Part shown: positions 25,063-41,026 of the stretch, one piece after another
Layout: each line of letters begins with the position of its first letter
Numbering within the stretch: position 1 is the first letter of the stretch
Source: Octopus vulgaris
Taxonomy: Eukaryota
Assembly: GCA_951406725.2 (NCBI GenBank)
Contig: OX597816.1
Span: forward strand, 5,704,001-5,768,000
Length of the DNA stretch: 64,000 nt
Direction of reading: 5' to 3'
Position numbers and translations under genes: made by a program
Notes under the pieces: generated by a model
Databases searched by the model: none
Told to the model about the DNA's origin: nothing
The model's input: only the letters and a program-made list of their open reading frames with translations

Positions 25063-27027
25063 CTATATATATATATATTTGTGTGTGTATGTATGTATGT
25101 ATGTATGTATGTATGTATGTATGTATGTATGTATGTATGTATGTATGTATTCATGTATGTATATTAATTTATTAGCTAAATCAAGAGAGTTTCTGAGACT
25201 ACTCCCCGTTTTCCTGTAATTTCAAATAGCACCATACTTTACCGAAATGCAAACACCATAGTATCTATTGGTGCACAGCATAGAGCTGAACGAACAGATT
25301 TGATAAAGAGTACATGTATTAACTGGCGGAAGTCAAAGTATTTTTCAATGTTTTCTCCAGTCTAATCCTGTATTCCGGATCTTGTATAGTGCAGAATAAG
25401 GAAATAAGGAAATAAATAATAGATTGTATATTCTCCAGAAGATTCTAAAGATGCTGTAGTCAGAATGGTACATGCTCTGGTCTATGACTGATTCTTCTTA
25501 CTTTCCTGTGTAGAATTTTTAGAAAGGAAACGGCTTCAATTATTGAAAAGAGGAAATGTCTTTTGTGCTTGATTTAAGATTGAAACCTGATGCCCAGAAG
25601 CGAATTGCTTCTCCACTATTTATATAGTTTCGTAAAGTTCATATATCTCCGGGAAGAAAGAGTTGTACAAGAGAGTCTGTTTGAAAATAATACCATAATT
25701 TGAAAGAAAACGATAAGAATTTATTCATATTTCTTAGCATATGACAAAGAAAGCAAACTTTAAATCGACATCTCGAAAAGAAATCGATAGTTAACAATAC
25801 CCTGGCACACAAGTTATTACTTAATTTGTTGTAGTTGCATTGATTTCTAATATGAAAGTAAAATGAAGATAGCAGAACTTGTTACCACGTATCAGATTCT
25901 TCCATTCTTCTCGGCCATACATCAACTTTAATAATAGCAACCTGATTGCTTCTGCTGCTGTTAGTCTAATCTCTATTTACTTTAACTACTACCATCCCAT
26001 CTCCTATTTATATTAATGGCTGTTCTATTATTTTTCTAGCAATTCACCCTAAAAGATACATGACATTCTAATTTTCTTTGACATTGTTTGAATTAATGAA
26101 TGAACATAGATTACAAAAGGTGAAATAATCGAACAAAACCTTTATTTATTTGTGGACTTGGTTTGAAATTCCGATTATTTTCATGGAAAAATATTTACTG
26201 TCTTTCATAACATTTTTATCCTTTCATTTTCTTCGTGTTTTATATTTTTGAGATAATAGTCACTTTGATTCGCTGCGTGCTTAACTCATCCTATTAAAAA
26301 ATTATTGGTGATTTATATTTACCCAATTTCAACTGAAGGAATACTCCAATAAATCTTCCTGATTACTTTCGTTTCGTTTCGTTTTTTTTTCCTTCTCCTC
26401 ATAACCATGTTTCAACCTACAAACTTTGATGGTTTGTTTCAAAGATCAAATGAAAAATGCATTATTTTATTCCTGATATTAAGATATTATACACCATGAA
26501 TATACGTATTGTTATCTGCATTTTATCCTTATTTTATTTCATTATAACTCTAAATCTGATAAGAGTATATTTTCCATTAGTTTTCCATAAAATGCTTACT
26601 GAATTAAACATGTACATCGCACTTTTCTCTTGTAATATTTATTTGAAAGGTTAAGTTTAAAAAAGAAAGAAAGATTATTTTACAAAAACAGACTACAGGT
26701 TATAGAACGTCTATTCCTCAACTGAATGTAGAAAATTCCAATGAAATTTTTCTTACGACGATTCTGTGACAAAAACAAGGATATTCTTTTCGTTTTGAAT
26801 ATTTTATCCACTTGTCTTAAAGTTTGTTGATCACTGATCAATAAATAAAAAAAAATGATAATAAATCATTTGAAAGGAGAATATTAGAACAATGATATAT
26901 AGGATCGACTTTGCTGCTCATTCGCTAACCAACATCAGTACCAGTTAAATTTATAATCTAAATACTCCCTTAATGACGCATAACCATATATCAGTTTGTA
27001 AATTTATTATTGATGTTATTACTCCTA

Positions 27028-27245
27028 CATTTCTATATTTAAGAGATGAAGAACTATGTACATTATTTACATTATTTACATTTGACGGATATTTGTCCCC
27101 ATCTTGTTTGTTGTTAGCACAACGTTTCGGCTGATATACCCTCCAAGAAACCTGATGAAGGCTGGAGGCTATAACAGCCGAAACGTTGTGTTAACTACAA
27201 ACAAGACGAGGACAAAAATCCGTCAATTGTAAATAATGTAAAGAA
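27028..27245. mobile_element. fold-back element with central hammerhead, TSD-flanked
   Basis: Arms ~27068-27145 and 27163-27240 are inverted repeats. 12-bp TSD TTATTACTCCTA at 27016-27027 and 27246-27257. Confidence 0.8.
27149..27190 (+). ncRNA. minimal hammerhead ribozyme core
   Basis: CTGATGA-A-GGCTG...CAGCC-GAAACGTT. Helix II has 5 bp; helix I is weak. Confidence 0.6.
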
Positions 27246-27262
27246 TTATTACTCCTAGTTTT

Positions 27263-27430
27263 AAGGCAACGAACTGGCAAAATCGTGGCATTTTGTCCGT
27301 CCTTAGGTTCTGAGTTCAAATTCTTGAGAGGTCAGTTCAGGGTCGATGAAATAACTACCAATTGTTGTAATTGACTAGCGACCATATCCCAAAATTTCAG
27401 ACCTTGTGCCATCGGTAGAAAGGATTATTA
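27263..27430 (+). mobile_element. degenerate SINE (family A head, alternative tail)
   Basis: AAGGCAACGAACTGGCA...TTCTGAGTTCAAATTC...CCTTGTGCC...GGATTATTA. Confidence 0.55.
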
Positions 27431-28023
27431 CTCAGTCCCTGAGCTGACCTTTCGAACATTTCCAATTTTGGAAATGTTGTCATTTCTCGAACAAGCGTAC
27501 ACCGACACTTGGTTCATTGCCTGATGAGATGAATATATTCGATGTTATTACATAGGGAGTTTATGTTTTGTGGAGATAATCCAGCATTGCTGATTATATG
27601 TCGACAGACTTTACAGGAGAAAAGTTGAGTGAAAGAACAATGGATAATTTCCGAAAACATTCGACTTAGCGAAGCCTCTAAACAGGAGCAGATGTGTGAC
27701 AAGAAGTGCAATACTTGCTTAAGCGCGGACATCAGCTTAAGGGAAGTTTGTGTCTAAGACCGGAATAAGATGTGTGATCTGGGTGTGCGAAAAATTGGAA
27801 CTAAATACTCTGCTATTAAAGAAGAAGATCAAAAATTGTCTACAGCGTTCTTGTAGTCTTTGAAGGTAAAATGGTATATGGCAGCACATTGAAATTTGAA
27901 GTCAATTATTAACAGAAATGCGTGCCAACTGACCTATTATGATTTCAATCTAGTGAAGAGTTCCACTGCATTCAGGCAGTTGTTTAGTTAGGTTGTGAAA
28001 TCTCTGACGTTGTCCAGAACGGT

Positions 28024-28444
28024 ATACTCTTTTATACTCTTTTACTCTTTTACTTGTTTCAGTCATTTGACTGCGGCCATGCTAGAGCACCGCCTTTAAT
28101 CGAGCAAATCGACCCCGGGACTTATTCTTTGTAAGCCCAGTTCTTATTCTATCGGTCTCTTTTGCCGAACCGCTAAGTGACGGGGACGTAAACACACCAG
28201 CATCGGTTGTCAAGCAATGCTAGGGGGACGAACACAGACACACAAACACATACACACACACATACATATATATATATATACATATATACGACAGGCTTCT
28301 TTCAGTTTCCGTCTACCAAATCCACTCACAAGGCATTGGTCGGCCCGGGGCCATAGCAAAAGACACTTGCCCAAGATGCCACGCAGTGGGACTGAACCCG
28401 GAACCATGTGGTTGGTTAGCAAGCTACTTACCACGCAGCCACCA
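28024..28444 (-). mobile_element. SINE family B, young copy
   Basis: Near-identical reverse complement of 35777-36217, with a (TACTCTTT)n tail. Confidence 0.9.
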
Positions 28445-29351
28445 TAATTCTTCGCAAGGGTCAATTATCTTCATTCTATTTAAATCCTTCATTCTCTAAA
28501 CATTATAAGACATCAATGTTTTTTTCTCCATTGCCCTCGACTTTGGGCTGCGTTTTTGCTTCTCAGAGGCCGGATCTAATTTGTTTCTGCCCTCCAGCTA
28601 TTTCATGAAATTCTCGTATCTTCCCTGTATCTTGTAGGCATACAGTTTCCGGAGGGAAAGCCTTCCGCGCCCTAGTAGTTTTGCTTTTGAATTGTTATTG
28701 ATGTTTCGACACCTTCATTTTTTTTCTAAGTAGTAGTGTTAACCCGATACAAAACGATTTTTACCTATGAAAAGGATGTAGACAATATTAGACTTTGACG
28801 TGACCAGCATGGAAGGCCATCGAGGAGCATGCACTGCGCATGCATAAATCTCATGGTCATTGTGCTACAGACGCTCCTAAAGCACAACAAAGACTGGTGA
28901 TTGTGGATTATATTCCAGTTTTCTATTTTTTTTCATGAAATAGTTTTCGTATTTCTGTAGAAGATGTTTTACTGCTTGTTTGGCAGAGTATTGTTTCCTC
29001 ATCCAGTGTCTCTATAGCCTCGCAGTTTCCTCATAAGGATATGAGAAATATCAGTATCACCACTTTCATAGCAGTCGAATTGACGTGGCTTTTAACGGCC
29101 AAAATGTTTAACCATTAGTCTTCCACCTCAACAGTCACGTGTTACTTTGTTTTATATAGATGTCACGTTTATGTACGCTTTACTGCCCAAATCATTTGAC
29201 CGTAGCCGTCCGTGTCAGCAGTCATGATGTGTTGCCTGCGTGTTTAATTTAGTACTGCAACATCGGGTAAATTTATATATATATTTATGCCTACATACAC
29301 AAGTATATATAAATACACATATACACATACACACACAGATATAGACATATG

Positions 29352-29419
<68 letters not shown>

Positions 29420-29654
29420 TGTGTGTGTGTATGTGTGTAAACATATAAGAGATAATGGTGTCATTGAGACCCAAAGGTGTCAGGTAATGCTGAATAAGTG
29501 CTAAAGACAGACCATAGTTAAGTTCCAGATTCGGTAATTTTGCGAATAAGGGGTTCAACGTTGGTTCTATGTCAGCATGTGCATATAAGAATTTTTTGCC
29601 TAATAATATAAAAAACCAAAGCTGTATAGATATTAGAACGTTTATAGATAGAAG

Positions 29655-29709
29655 GTCTTACAGCTGTTTCTAGAATATTAATTAATAATAATCTCCCTTC
29701 ATCGGAGAC
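29655..29709 (-). ncRNA. hammerhead variant with CCGATGA core
   Basis: Minus strand reads GTCT-CCGATGA-AGGGAG...TTCTA-GAA-ACAGCTGT-A-AGAC. Helix I is GTCT/AGAC; helix III is palindromic. Confidence 0.5.
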
Positions 29710-29852
29710 GGTGTGAGAGGAAAAATTAAGTCATAGTTAGTTTCGATGTGATACGAAATAGAGAGTGAGGTGGAGGAAAGAAAATAGATGTAAGATATGT
29801 ATGATATATATGTAAACATATATACATAAAAACACACAGGCACGCATGTACC

Positions 29853-29887
<35 letters not shown>

Positions 29888-29952
29888 ATGTGTGTGTGTG
29901 TATGTGTGTGTGCGTGCGTGAGTGTGTGTATATATATATACATATACACACT

Positions 29953-30007
<55 letters not shown>

Positions 30008-30453
30008 TTGTATTGATGGATAACACCATTTCCTTTCAGTTTGTAGAATACACGTCTACCATTTATCTTATCCTTTTTTTTTATCAATGTTCTTATTATT
30101 TTCACAGATTCTGAGGAACAGTAAAAACTGCAAACAACCATCGCAGAAATCACGCGGAAATATGAAAATATAGAACGGTAAAAATTCCAAAATCAATCAC
30201 CTGTGCTTCTTGAACTGCATTCTCTCGTCTTCAGAATGAAGCAATAATGGCGAATGCTGTAGGTTCTGTAGCAAACATGGACAATGGAATTGGAGCAGAC
30301 ATTAACTACCACATGTAGTTTTGGTTTCTGCAAAACTATTAGATATACATATATGAGTGTGGGCGCGCAGAAAAGGGGAGAGAAGAGGAGAGAAAGAAAG
30401 AAAGAATAAGAGACAGACACACAAACTGTCATGATGTGCATGTGTATACACAC

Positions 30454-30499
<46 letters not shown>

Positions 30500-30662
30500 T
30501 CGTGTGTGTGTTGGTATGTATGTGTGTATATAAATGCATGTATGCGTATGTACATGTGTCTAAATGTATGTGTTTACATTTATATAGACATATGCAAATA
30601 TATACATATATATATTTATATGTGTATATATATACATGTGTATATATATACATATGTATATA

Positions 30663-30799
<137 letters not shown>

Positions 30800-32589
30800 A
30801 TGTATACAGGTGTACATATTCATAGGCATATATATGTCTATGTGTGTGTGATGTGTGTGTTTGTGTGTGTGTACATATGGTTAGGTGTATGAACTAGAGT
30901 AAAATATACGCGGTAACAAATTTAACAGTGAACCTACGTGTATCATATGACGCATAGAATAAAAATCAAAACTTTTAGCAAAAAAAAAAAATAGTATTCA
31001 GCCAGTAGAAAGTTAAAAAAAAAACATACACAATGAAATGGAAATATAGACGTAGGATAGAGTTGTAGAAGTAGTAGTAATAATAGAGCATGTAAAAGGG
31101 AAAATATAATACAGATTTTGTGGAGAAGTCCAATAGGAAAGAAGACGAAATAAATCTTCGTGTACACAATGAGTGGAGCTCACTTCTCTGCGTACGTGGA
31201 ATCCAGATTTGAAATATCACCACAGAAATAGCATGGATGTAATTAAAGATAGTCATGATAAAGATTTATCGAACAAGAGGGAATACAGAAATGAAGAAAA
31301 AAGAAATGGTAGGAATGTCTCTTGAAAGCACTGCGCCGTCAAATGTATGCTACAATAAATGATAAATGTAGGATATAATTTCGATATTAATGCCTCTTTC
31401 TCTCTCTCTCTTTTTCTCCATTCTCTGGTTCTCTCTTACTACACACAAGTATGTGTATACAGACACACACATATACATCGTGTATATATGTACATACATA
31501 TGTGCGTGTGCGTGATAAATTGTTGTAAATTAAAGATAAAATATATTTTTTGTATTTCAAACATTATCTGATATAGAACTCAATACACTGAATGGAGTAG
31601 ATAAAAATGGTGATTATATCAAAAGTTGACAGTCTCCTCAAACTCTCACTCTGGACAGAGCTGTTCGCAAAACTTGGGCATGAATGATTGTTGGCAGTTT
31701 ATATAACCGGCATTTTGAACTTCGAAAGGAAGGTCTGGGTTGAATAAGGAATGTTTTCGTAAAGTAAGTCATAATAGCAAAACTTAAGTCAACAGTTACT
31801 TGCTATGGTGCGTAAATAGACTTATATGAAAATACTGACCCAAGGTTAAAACGTTGAAGAGGATCTCTGGTCCAGTTCAAACAAGTGTTAATTGAGACTG
31901 ATAGAATGGGACTAACAGTTTGGGACTGTAGTTAAACTAGTTCAGATATTAAATATTCATTTTAGTTCAATTTTTTTCTGATCTAAGATTAGCTATTGTT
32001 ATTGATGAGGCAAATATTTGTATATAAGGAAATACATTCAGACATGCAGAGATAAATACAAGTATTTATGTTCATGTGTGTGTATAAACACCATAAATTA
32101 TTATGTGTAAACTGTTCTTCAAACCCTACACAAATTATTATAAGCCTTGTCACTTATGCACCAAAGAATCTCTTCAAATCTCATACTATTTCTCTAAATT
32201 ACATAACAAAACTCAGATTTAATCTGTACATGTTTACATAAAACTTATAAATCATTTGGACACTTCAAAACCGCGCTGATTTCCCCCGATAAAGCCTACA
32301 CCCAGTACAGGAATCTTGTACCATGCGAAATGGGAGGCCTACGATCACATAATAAAAGCAACTTGAGATGCAGCAATAGAATGAAAAATCAACTGAAATA
32401 TCTTAAACTAAATAAATAACGCAGGCTGAGAAATTACTTCTGAACACAGAATTCAAGCAGAAATGAACATGGGATGAATATAAATGAATATACTGGTTCC
32501 TTGGCACGTAGAAGAATACTGGTATTAAATATACCCTGTTTGATGTAGACGATCATAACATTAGTAACTCACTACCGGATTTAGTAATA

Positions 32590-33040
32590 TCAAATATTAT
32601 GCCATACTATACATCTGGAAGATCCTAGAAGGACTTGTTCCAAACTTTGGCATCGAGAGTTACACAAATACTAGAACTGGGGGCCACTGCATAGTGCCAA
32701 GGACTCCAAATTTGCCATCAAGATGTAGGACAAGATACTGCAATAGCCTGGGCTTCAGAGGTCCACAGTTCTTCAATATCCTCCTGGAGGACTGGAGGGA
32801 CCTGCATGGGGTGGATGTAAGTGTCTTCAAAATAAATCTGGACCTCTTCCTTCAGGTGTCTCAGATGAACCAACTTCGCGGCAGGAGGTGCAGATGAGGG
32901 CACCTGCATCAAACTCTCACATGCACCAAATGTCAATCGCTAAAAAGCATCCGTGAAGTAAAATCATGTAGCAACACCAAATGGCGGTGCACCAGCATGG
33001 CCACAGCTCGTGAGCTGACACTAGATGAAATAAAAAAAGA
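32590..33040 (+). pseudogene. 5'-truncated CR1-group LINE (ORF2 C-terminus, 3' UTR, A-rich tail)
   Basis: Translates YAILYIWKILEGLVPNFG...NSLGFRGPQFFNIL...FKINLDLFL/VSDEP and ends in a stem-loop followed by AAATAAAAAAA. Confidence 0.8.
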
Positions 33041-33876
33041 ATGAAATTAAGTCCATTGCTAGAATAGATTATGAGGTTAAAGTAATTATGCAAACCAAAA
33101 CAGCGTTCGTTTCAACTGCAGCCACTCACTTTGGATTTAAAACATGTGTAAGACACACTTCTGTGTCAGCATGGGAGTACAAGATCTGGCAAGAGTCACG
33201 GATTTATTTGCACAAAATACAAATACCTAACCGAATCTTATAATTGAGGAACAACTAATTAGAGGACTGAAACCCAAGCATCAAGAATGTATCGATATAA
33301 TCAATCGGCTTTTGAACTCTGATTAATGATGGTATATCGTTGCCATTAAATATTCGCTGGTTTAAGCGTACATATTATTTATAATGATAAAAACGCCAAG
33401 TTCATAATCTGGACATAAACTTTCTAATAACATCACATAATTAACTCCAATTTTCAGTCTGGTTGTTGATAGTCTTTATCTATTAATTAAAAAGTAATTT
33501 AAGCTTGTGTTATGGATCTTGTATTACTTGTATTTATTACAACCCGGTTATTAACTCAGTGTAAACATAAAAGAAGGAACATTTTATGCTTACATGTTAT
33601 TATTAGTTTTGCATAAGGTCAATAGATTACAGTATTTTGTTAATTATAGGGGATCTAGCTAATTAATCTACATATAAACACTATAAACACGGCACATATT
33701 GATTTCGCCAAAAGTTTTACTATTACAAGACAACCTCGCTTTGAATATTGTTTGTTTTTATAGTCGTTGAGAGTTTCCAGGACATTTTTATCTCTAATTA
33801 GTTATTTCGCAAAAATATGTTTGGCTACTTTTTTTTTTAACGTGTTCAAGAATTGCTGCTTTTTAAAAATATGTCA

Positions 33877-34083
33877 TGTGTGTGTGTGTGTGTGTGAGTG
33901 TATGTGTGTGAGTGTATGTGTGTGAGTGAGTGTGTGTGTGAGTGTGTATGTGTGTGAGTGTGTGTGTGCGTGTGTTTGTGTGTGTGTGTATGTTTGTGTA
34001 TGTGTGTGTGTGTATGTGTGTGTATGTGTGTGTGAGTGAGTGTGTGTGTGTGTGCGAGTGTGTGAGTGTGTGTGTGAGTGTGT

Positions 34084-34144
<61 letters not shown>

Positions 34145-34332
34145 TGTGTGTGTGAGTGTGTGTGTGAGTGTGTGTGTGTATGAGTGTGTGTGTGTTTGTG
34201 TGTGTGTTTGTGTGTATGTGTATGTGTGTGTTTTTGTGTGTGTTTGTGTGTATGTGTGAGTGTGTGTGAGTGTTTGTGTGTGTGTGCGTGTGTGTGTATG
34301 TGTGAGTGTGTGTGTGTGTGTGTGTGCGTGCG
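33877..34332. repeat. degenerate (TG)n array
   Basis: Direct reading. Confidence 0.95.
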
Positions 34333-34908
34333 TGGAGAGTGTGTGGTGGAAACGCACCTGCATGCCTCTGTAGAACTGAACGTTACACATCTACAACCAT
34401 ACATTAAAAGACTGGTTGTAGATGGTTTTTAATATTTGTTCCTTTATCGTTATTGTTGCTTTTATCCACATGAAGTTTATAAACACTTTTAATAATTAAA
34501 AATTTATAATAATTAAGTAATATTCATAGCAAGTTGTAGGTGTTTCTTTTCACTATATATTTTATAACTAATAATAATTTATATTCAAATATTCAACAGA
34601 TAAAAGTTCATATGTGATATATCTTATTTTAAATTCAACTTTTGTAATCATTTGCCACATCATATAAACGCCTTAATATTTGCCTGTTTCTTCGATTAGT
34701 GTTCTAGCTAACACAAAGGTTATTGGTATCCATTCCAGTGTTGTCTTTTTCTTGTGTTCAGGGATGAAGCAAGTATGATTAATCTACATTAATCCTTATT
34801 CGTTATTAAATCTATGATTCTTTAAGCAGAGTATAACGACTAGGAATAGGAAATTTTGGCCTTTTCTAACGTCTGCTCTTTCATCGACTACAGTATGAAC
34901 ATGATGTG

Positions 34909-34974
<66 letters not shown>

Positions 34975-35387
34975 GTTTGTGCGCGTGTGTGTATATGCAT
35001 GCATGTATGTATATTAGCGAAGGAAAAAAAAACTCTGTAACGAAAATTGATTTTACATCCAACTTAACTTGGGTGTGCCGTCAGAATGACTCAGACTGCC
35101 GTGGCAATCGTCCAGAGAAATTATTTCGTACAGCCGTTAGGTGCCAGAAAGAGTCACAGAATATGTTGGATGACGAAATCTCGTCAGCACCGGCGGATGA
35201 GCTTGTTGCGTCACCTGATTTCAGGGTAAATTACCCGTCATCAACTACAGGCACTAAACACCGAATGCCAGACTGGAAATCCTTCTAACCTACATAGCTT
35301 AACAATGACTAAAAACACGTACACATACATACACGTACACACACATATAAAAACATATATATGTATATTTATATATATACAGATATA

Positions 35388-36217
<830 letters not shown>

Positions 36218-39200
36218 TATACGTATGTATGTAAGTATGTATGTATGTATATGTATGTGCATATATATATATATACATAGAGAGAGAGAGGGAGAATAAT
36301 TGTTTATTTATTTTCAAGGGCTATAATGCATATTAAAAACCTAAACTTCACCCATTTTATGGACATAAAAATCTATGACGTCGTCAACTTAAATATCTCT
36401 TGCCTTGTGGCGTTGTTTCCTATTGTATACCAACACTGGTATAATATTCTATTAACGTGGTATAACTTGCGTTTAAATTTCTTTCATTTGTTTTAATTTG
36501 TTTCCATGTATATAACGGACTAATAAACCAAATTAATTCACCAGTCATACTACCGTTTCTTTTATTTTGGGGCTTCTTTGTGATGGACGAATGGTTTTAT
36601 GAAGGCAATTTATCCTCCCTACAGAATTTCAGTATGTGTGTCCCATTTAAATACCCAACGGTTCAAGAAATATCTTATTCATACTATTTATACTATTTTA
36701 CAATATATTCAGTTCATTCTGCTATTTCTCCCTCCAAGAGATTCTAAAATTTTAACCGTTTTATTTCCTGGTTTAATAATATTTCACAGCGTTCTCTTTG
36801 TTATTATATATTTTGAAACTTTGGTACAGCATCGAATGCCAAGCGAGTAATTTACCCAATTTTTCATGCTTTCTTGCTCAATTCAATGTAATGAAATATG
36901 AGGTATAGAATTCGTGTTTATAAACACATCGATTTTACTTGACTTCTCTGATCAATATATTAAAGTTTTTAATATGTAGCAGTTCCACTCCAGCTGAAAC
37001 TTAGAACTGTTATATCAAATTAGAAATTATTATCATAGTGTATTATTTCCGCACTGAGTGTTGCTATGACACAGTTTTACTTTGAAAGTAATTTAGTTTC
37101 AACTTCCATCTGGTAATTAGGAATCCAGAAATGTGAAACCGTAATAAGGACAGCTTAATTAAGTTTCTCTTAACTTCAATATCAGAAAACTGAAAGAAAA
37201 ACAAAACAAAGAGACTTGTATTTTACCTTATAATAATACAAGAACTTATCTATGTTATATTAAAGATCTTTACCATGGCTTCTGTAGTTTATGTATCTAA
37301 TGATTCCATTCTAAAACATTCTGAGTCATTTGCTTAGCAGGAGATTTTCCCGTCCATATCTTTAGATACAGTTCACGATAGGAATTTAGATACGTATCGA
37401 AATGATAGACGTGGCAGAGAATCATATTTCTTGGCAGTCAACAGAACTGTGTGTACCGAACTCCAAATAACACCTTGGAATCTTGAAATCATTGGTTATA
37501 GCGTAATGGCATATTTATAGTAGATTTAACACTTTTATAAGTGAAAATGATATGTCTGTGTTTTATGTGTGTGTGTGTGTATATCTGTATGTGTTTGGTG
37601 GGTGTCTGCGTGTGTGTATACGTGTGTGTGGTGGTTGTCAGTTTTCTTATAAAGTGAAACAGAATACAGAATTGAGAAATAATCAACACTGATGACCATA
37701 AATATTTTCAGATGATCAAATTTTATGGTTGGTCAGCAAATCATTTATTGCATAGAGAACTGGTGACTAAGATATGAGATACTAAGAATACCAAAAGAAT
37801 ACCAGCAGCGATACCTAAATGTGAAACATTCCCGCCTGAGCGGAACTTGGTTTACCGAAACTTTTCTGCAAGTTTAGCACGACCACCCGATCATAGGATG
37901 TCTTTAGTCAGCATTTCATGTAGGATTTCCTCCTAACGATCTCGGTGGGCCTGAAGCCAGTCTTTGCCACTGCTCTTCTTCCTCTCATTAAATCATTAAT
38001 AAAAGAATAGCTTGAACAAATAAACAGAAATTAATTGGTTGAGAAGATAAGAAGATACGAACAACAACTCTCTGGCACTTACAGCAAGCTTCCTGTTCGA
38101 TCTCGAGCGTATTTCTGAATGTAGAGTACATGTAATGATGGGTGGAGCATGCTATAGTCTAGTTTACGTTAAAAACCATCACGTGGCCGTCTAGATGGTT
38201 TCATTATTATTATATAGAGAACCTCCCGAGCAGGGAGATATATATATATTGTAATGTAAGGTGGAGTAAAAACAATATAAAGAAACCTTTTAAATGTTCG
38301 GAATCATCGAATATCTGTATTGCCGACATTACATCGATTTAAACGTAGAAACACTCACATTAAAATGAATATTACTTAATAAAAGGGGAATATAAAATTT
38401 TTAAATTGACCAACTCTGTTATTACTTCTTGCTGAACTTTATAAATGAATGCAACGGTGAACTGAAAGAGCTGCGGTTGTTGTCGGCATACTAATATAAT
38501 GGATAGTTTACTAATAACGAAAATAACGGAAACGGGTTGTTTCACACAGTAATACTATACATTAGCAATTTATTACCAATCATCACACCAATGTAATTTT
38601 GGTAACTCAAATATATTCGCTTTCAGGCTTTATAGTTTCTTTTAAGTAACGAAAATATTTCAAGTTTAAATGCAGATTATTACATTAGATAGGTAAATGG
38701 AAATAAGAAAAAAAAAATGTTTTAAAAACATATTTCCGCACTCCATTAATTGAATTTATATATTAATATCTTTTTTTAAAAATATCAAGAAAACTTCAAT
38801 AATGATAATGTGTGATTCTTTTATTTTGTATTTGTTTTTATTATTAGCTTCCATCAGAGGTCTGCGGCCATATTGAGTACCATTATCACTAGCGACATAT
38901 TTTCTAGAAATACCTTCATATGAAATTGTATTAATTTCTTACCTAAACATAGGCAGACAGCAGACACGCACACACTTACACAAGTGTGTGCATACATCTG
39001 TGAATATCAGTATATATGTATGCATTATATTTGTATACGGGTGTATCTTTGTATGGCACATCTATATACGCATGTATTATATAGGTTGATAAGTAGGTAG
39101 GTAGGTTGGTAGGTAGGTAGGTATGTGTACGTATGTACACATGTATATATGTGTTTATGATCTCTATGTGTATTGGTGTGTATATATATATATACATATA

Positions 39201-39221
39201 TATATATACATATATACATAC

Positions 39222-39254
<33 letters not shown>

Positions 39255-39340
39255 CATGCATATATATACGTATATGTATATATATACGTATATGTATATA
39301 TATATACGTATATGTATATACATATATATGTATATACATA

Positions 39341-39449
<109 letters not shown>

Positions 39450-40197
39450 ATACTAAACTTCAGTTGAGGAACATATCATCTTCACAAAAGTAATGATGCA
39501 ACTTTTTCTGACTAATCTTTAGCGTTGTCGTTCTGATTTCTATAAATAATTTATTAAATTCACTCACCAGCGATTGATTCAATGACTTAAAAGAAAGGAT
39601 AGTTTTATATTATCAGCAGGATATATGAAAGATATTTAACGGCGAGTGATAATTCTGAAATTGAGTTTATGCATTGCTAATCTAAAGATAATTACTCAAG
39701 TATAGCGATATTTGAATCGATATGATATAGACCTATTAATTTATGGGTCATTAGTGCCATTATTATGTTGGAGGCATTCTTCTGTATCAGATGGTTATCC
39801 CACAGTCTGCTGAGAGAGAAATTGATAAATTTATTAAAAACTGACATACGACGTCTAGAAAGTTCCATCGTCTCTAATGGCAACTCATCGTCTAATGAAT
39901 TATCAATGATCGTTTTTAAGCCTTTCAAAGACTTAAATATATCGAGAATCTAGGAAACGTCTATGAGAATTTACCATGAAATTCTTAGCTTGGAAGCAAA
40001 AGTATGTATCGATCCATAGATCTTGTCTTAAAGCTACAAATCTTTACGGATATGTTGCAAACTTTAGGAGGACTAGTATAAAGATGTTAACATTTGTTGA
40101 TAGGAAACTTGGACTTCCATTTTGATTCTTCGTTTATAAAGATACCATATTACGTTTTAACTGTTTATCTTTATATTTCCATACCATATTTGTGCAG

Positions 40198-40251
40198 TGG
40201 AACTGACGTTCCAGCCTCTCTCCAATCAACCTATCCAGCAATTTCTGACAG
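40198..40251 (+). CDS. candidate 54-bp internal exon of an unidentified host gene
   Basis: Pyrimidine-rich tract and TGCAG| acceptor, CAG|GTAAAA donor, length divisible by 3, open in phases 1 and 2. Confidence 0.3.
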
Positions 40252-40393
40252 GTAAAATTTCTCATTTTTCTTTCTTTTGCATACCTTACAGGAATGCAAA
40301 ATATGACATCGAAATATTTCTCAGGGAACCTGATGGCGGTGATAGCAAAGACATTGATGAAGGAACTGAAGATAATGATTTTGGTGTTGATAG

Positions 40394-40437
<44 letters not shown>

Positions 40438-40769
40438 ACGAGAATAATGAATATAGGAAAAGAGCGTTTTTTTCGAGAAAGAGAGAATATGAAATGTTAA
40501 CAGTTAATTCCGGAAGTATGTTCTGCTTGAATGTTGTAGTTTTTACGTTACACTGCAGTAGATATCTTCGTGAAATTCTTTGCATTTGTAACGATATGAA
40601 GCACTGACATTTACGTTTCACCTCTTTTTATTACCTGTTCTTTGAAGCAAAGATTGCACATCCAAGAGGCCTTACCGTACAAGCTGAAGGCTATGTTTCG
40701 TTTAACTAAACACACACACACACACACACACACATGCGTGCGTGCATGCGTGCAGACATGCAGACGGGC

Positions 40770-40789
40770 AGATAGACAAACAGACAAAC

Positions 40790-40844
<55 letters not shown>

Positions 40845-40957
40845 CAGATAGTTAGATAGATAGATAGATACATAGATACAGACAGACAGACAGACAGACA
40901 TATAGGTATATATATATATATATACAGATAGATAGATATATAGATAAACATACATAA

Positions 40958-41026
<69 letters not shown>

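Noticed and set aside
28795-29220. Promoter-like cluster (TGCGCATGC, TGACGT, CACGTG motifs)
   Set aside because: Short motifs expected by chance, with no linked transcript evidence.
30108-30177. Exon-like segment with a good acceptor and GTAAAA donor
   Set aside because: Stop codons in all three phases. It could only be non-coding, which cannot be supported from sequence alone.
35215-35252. Minus-strand TTGATGA-CGGGT-AATTT-ACCCT-GAAA hammerhead-like motif
   Set aside because: The core is mutated and I could not form helix III or helix I. Too weak to call.
37688-37737. Short hairpin CTGATGACCATAAA...TTTATGGTTGGTCAG as a pre-miRNA or ribozyme
   Set aside because: The stem is too short and imperfect, there is no GAAA core, and it matches no miRNA I recognise.
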